Positions 61,096-64,000 of a stretch of 64,000 nt of DNA are shown here, piece after piece. Position 1 is the first letter of the stretch; each line of letters opens with the position of its first letter. Source of the stretch: a bacterium (lineage in GTDB: Bacteria; Patescibacteriota; Microgenomatia; Levybacterales; UBA12049). A program made the translations under genes and the position numbers. The notes under the pieces are model-generated. The model had not been told where the DNA came from. It did no database searches and was given only the letters and a program-made list of their open reading frames with translations. The stretch is from assembly GCA_021813145.1 (NCBI GenBank), contig JAKALS010000005.1:8022-72021 (forward strand), given 5' to 3'.

Positions 61096-61163
61096 CCTCG
61101 TTTGAACGCTCACTTTCAAGCGGCAGTTATCTTCGCCGTCAGGGCGTTTAACGGGGAGAATTT

Positions 61164-61895
61164 ATGCACGATCTTACGCAAAGACAGGTTGAAATACTCA
61201 AAAGTTTGATCGAAGAATATATAGAAACCGCCGAGCCCGTCGGTTCTGAAACGTTGGAGAAAAAACATAATTTAAGTGCTTCTCCGGCAACCATTAGAAA
61301 CGAAATGGTAAGACTGACAGAGCTCGGTTATTTGAAAAAACCGCATATATCTGCGGGAAGGGTTCCTACTCCTTCGGGAATGAAGTTTTACGTAAAGCAA
61401 CTTATGAAGGAAAAAGAGCTTTCGGTTACCGAAGAAGTTGCCCTAAAAGAAAAAGTCTGGGATTTAAGAGACAGGGAGGTAGATTTCTTAAAACAGATTA
61501 CAAAAGCACTTGCCGATAAAACAAGGGCCCTGGCCGTGACCACGACATCCGACGGCAATTTTTTCTGTTCGGGTTATGCGAATATCTTGGACATGCCGGA
61601 ATTCTTTGACATTGATATTACAAAGGCTTTGCTTTCCGCTATTGACGAAAGCGATTATTTAAGAAGTCTTTTTTCGGGACAAATAGACGACGGAGAAATT
61701 CATATCCTTTTGGAAGATGAACTGGGTCCAAGATTAAACGGTCCATACGGATTTGTTTTTACAAAATACCAGACTCCGAACCATCTTGTGGGAGAAATAG
61801 GTGTTTTGGGCCCCTCAAGGCTTAATTATAATTTTATAGTTCCTGCCGTTAGATACTTCGGAGACTTAATCGAAGAAAGCGCAAGGGGATGGTAG
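61164..61895 (+). CDS. hrcA: Heat-inducible transcription repressor HrcA (short form)
   Basis: EPVGS, SPATIRNEM, HISAGRVPT, GVLGPSRLNY. Confidence 0.94.
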   Translation: MHDLTQRQVEILKSLIEEYIETAEPVGSETLEKKHNLSASPATIRNEMVRLTELGYLKKPHISAGRVPTPSGMKFYVKQLMKEKELSVTEEVALKEKVWDLRDREVDFLKQITKALADKTRALAVTTTSDGNFFCSGYANILDMPEFFDIDITKALLSAIDESDYLRSLFSGQIDDGEIHILLEDELGPRLNGPYGFVFTKYQTPNHLVGEIGVLGPSRLNYNFIVPAVRYFGDLIEESARGW

Positions 61896-61926
61896 ACGAA
61901 GGCGGGTTAAAAGTTTATAAAGTCAA

Positions 61927-62373
61927 ATGAAAAAAGATGAAAAAGATAAAAAACAAACTGAAGAAAACGAAGAATTTGAGAACCTTGAAAACCAGTTAAA
62001 AAGAGCGCTTGCCGATTACCAGAATCTTGAAAAAAGAATGGCATCGGAAAGGTCCGAATGGGTAAAAACAGCCAACAGGGGATTGCTTCTCAGGCTTTTA
62101 CCCGCATTAGACAATCTGATGCTGGCCCAAAAACATACCGAAGATAAAGGAGTCAGTTTAAGCGTAGACCAGATTCTTAACGCCTTCAAAGACGAAGGAG
62201 TCGGGAGAATAGAAGTTTTGGGAAAAGATTTCGACCCTAATCTTATGGAAGCGGTTTCGACCGCCGAAGGAGAGGAAGGAAAAGTTGTCGAGGAAGTAAG
62301 AACAGGTTATACTCTTTTTGGACAGGTTTTGAGACCGGCGCAGGTAATAGTCGGGAAAAGTAACGGGATTTGA
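61927..62373 (+). CDS. grpE: Nucleotide exchange factor GrpE
   Basis: [20 protein letters not shown]....VLRPAQV. Confidence 0.95.
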   Translation: MKKDEKDKKQTEENEEFENLENQLKRALADYQNLEKRMASERSEWVKTANRGLLLRLLPALDNLMLAQKHTEDKGVSLSVDQILNAFKDEGVGRIEVLGKDFDPNLMEAVSTAEGEEGKVVEEVRTGYTLFGQVLRPAQVIVGKSNGI

Positions 62374-62408
62374 AAACCGGAAATTAAAAATTGTAAATTA
62401 TAAATATA
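62374..62408 (+). repeat. 5x7-nt array filling the grpE-dnaK spacer
   Basis: aaaccgg aaattaa aaattgt aaattat aaatata. Confidence 0.55.
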
Positions 62409-64000
62409 TGGCAAAAATAATAGGAATAGACTTAGGAACAACAAATTCATGCGTAGCGGTAATGGAGGGAGGAAGTCCCAAAGTTATCCATTCCGCCGAA
62501 GGAAGAAACGTAATACCTTCGGTAGTTGACCCGGTTACCCATGTTGTGGGGGATGTGGCAAAAAGACAGATTGTCTTAAAGCCGAAGGAAACAATTTTTT
62601 CCATAAAGAGGCTAATGGGTAAAAAATTCACGGACTCCTCCGTTCAGAACGACATGAAATGGCTGCCTTATACCATTAAATCCGGAAGGGAGCAAATGGC
62701 AGTTGTCGAAGTGGCAGGAAAAACATACACTCCTCAGGAAATATCCGCAATGATACTCCAAAAAATTAAAGCCGACGCAGAAAACTATCTCGGGGGGAAA
62801 GTAACACAAGCAGTAATTACGGTTCCCGCGTATTTTGACGACTCTCAAAGACAGGCGACAAAACAGGCAGGAGAAATAGCGGGACTGGAGGTTTTGAGGA
62901 TCATAAACGAACCGACAGCCGCCGCCCTGGCATACGGGCTGGATAAGAAAAATGCCCACACAATAGCAGTTTACGATTTGGGAGGAGGAACATTCGATAT
63001 TTCTATTTTGGAGCTCGGGGACGGAGTATACGAAGTAAAATCTACAAACGGGGATACGCATTTGGGAGGAGACGATTTCGACCAGGCAATACTGGACTAC
63101 ATAGCTGAGGAATTTAAAAAAGAAAATAATATAGATTTAAGAAAAGACCCTCAGGCTCTCCAGAGATTAAGGGAGGCTGCGGAAAAAGCAAAAATTGAGC
63201 TTTCAACTGCCCAGGAAGCCCAGGTTAACCAACCTTTCATAACTCAGGGCCCGAATGGTCCTTTGCACCTTACGATGACTATCGGAAGACCCCAGCTTGA
63301 AAAAATTGTTGACGATCTTGTCCAAAAAACAATAAAACCCGTAGAACAGGCGCTTAAAGACGCAAAAGTAACGGTAAAAGACATAGACGAAGTCGTTTTG
63401 GTCGGAGGAATGACGAGAATGCCCAAAGTTGTCGATACGGTTACAAAATTCTTCGGGAAAGAACCGAATAAAAGCGTAAACCCCGATGAGGTTGTCGCGG
63501 TAGGGGCGGCCGTTCAGGGAGGAGTTTTAGGCGGAGAAGTTAAAGACGTTTTACTTTTGGATGTAACTCCTCTTACTTTGGGAATAGAAACTCTGGGATC
63601 GGTTTCTACGCCTCTTATCAGTAAAAACAGCACTATACCTACATCCAAATCGCAGGTATTTTCAACGGCGGCAGATAACCAGACCCAGGTGGAAATAAAC
63701 GTTTTGCAGGGGGAAAGGCCTATGGCAGCGGATAATAAATCTTTGGGAAGATTTGTTTTGGACGGAATTCCTCCGGCCCCGAGAGGAGTTCCCCAGATAG
63801 AAGTCGCTTTTGATATAGACGCAAACGGAATTTTGGACGTAAAAGCTACGGATAAAGCTACGGGGAAAGCCCAGAGCATAAAAATAACGGGGTCTACGGG
63901 GCTTACAAAAGAAGAAGTCGAGAGAATGACAAAAGAGGCGGAAATGCACGCTTCGGAAGACGCGGCTAAAAAAGAGGCGGTTGAAGCAAGAAACCAGGCG
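62408..64000 (+). CDS. dnaK: Chaperone DnaK, 3'-truncated by the window (absent from the ORF track)
   Basis: Hand translation [41 protein letters not shown]. Confidence 0.97.
   Translation, partial: MAKIIGIDLGTTNSCVAVMEGGSPKVIHSAEGRNVIPSVVDPVTHVVGDVAKRQIVLKPKETIFSIKRLMGKKFTDSSVQNDMKWLPYTIKSGREQMAVVEVAGKTYTPQEISAMILQKIKADAENYLGGKVTQAVITVPAYFDDSQRQATKQAGEIAGLEVLRIINEPTAAALAYGLDKKNAHTIAVYDLGGGTFDISILELGDGVYEVKSTNGDTHLGGDDFDQAILDYIAEEFKKENNIDLRKDPQALQRLREAAEKAKIELSTAQEAQVNQPFITQGPNGPLHLTMTIGRPQLEKIVDDLVQKTIKPVEQALKDAKVTVKDIDEVVLVGGMTRMPKVVDTVTKFFGKEPNKSVNPDEVVAVGAAVQGGVLGGEVKDVLLLDVTPLTLGIETLGSVSTPLISKNSTIPTSKSQVFSTAADNQTQVEINVLQGERPMAADNKSLGRFVLDGIPPAPRGVPQIEVAFDIDANGILDVKATDKATGKAQSIKITGSTGLTKEEVERMTKEAEMHASEDAAKKEAVEARNQA

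Noticed and set aside
62398-63949. Minus-strand ORFs in the track at the window end
   Set aside because: Antisense shadows of dnaK, which the track omits because it has no stop in the window

Overview
Gene-dense, AT-rich bacterial chromosomal segment read in the standard code. Its gene content, Pro/Thr-rich surface proteins, many GT-C enzymes and leaderless-type starts suggest a Patescibacteria/Microgenomates-like genome (inference). The left half is accessory and stress-related: Fic, an ArsR-thioredoxin-ArsP-ChrA operon, glycoside hydrolases (NAGPA-like, GH18, tandem GH130), DinB, a divergent MshB/BshB-like deacetylase plus MshC-like cysteine ligase, an ABC-2 exporter, msrA, HxlR/FMN reductase and sodN-sodX. 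The right half is mostly housekeeping and envelope: pcrA, tpiA, LCP, GT-C/PMT, pilN/O, rpsT, murJ, lepA, groES/EL, UbiA, WecA, GT2, tatD, metG and hrcA-grpE-dnaK (dnaK runs off the end). I saw no rRNA, tRNA, CRISPR array or transposase. Top leads: (1) a mycothiol-like thiol module (MshB+MshC on one 42-bp bidirectional promoter); (2) an 11-bp-period triple box centred on TTCTTAC, exactly 37 nt upstream of a -10-like hexamer at five promoters, three of them general-stress genes; (3) dispersed 7-nt-period arrays inside and between genes; (4) a structured hrcA leader that may be an RNA thermometer; (5) unannotated small proteins. All calls come from motif recognition by eye; no searches were run.
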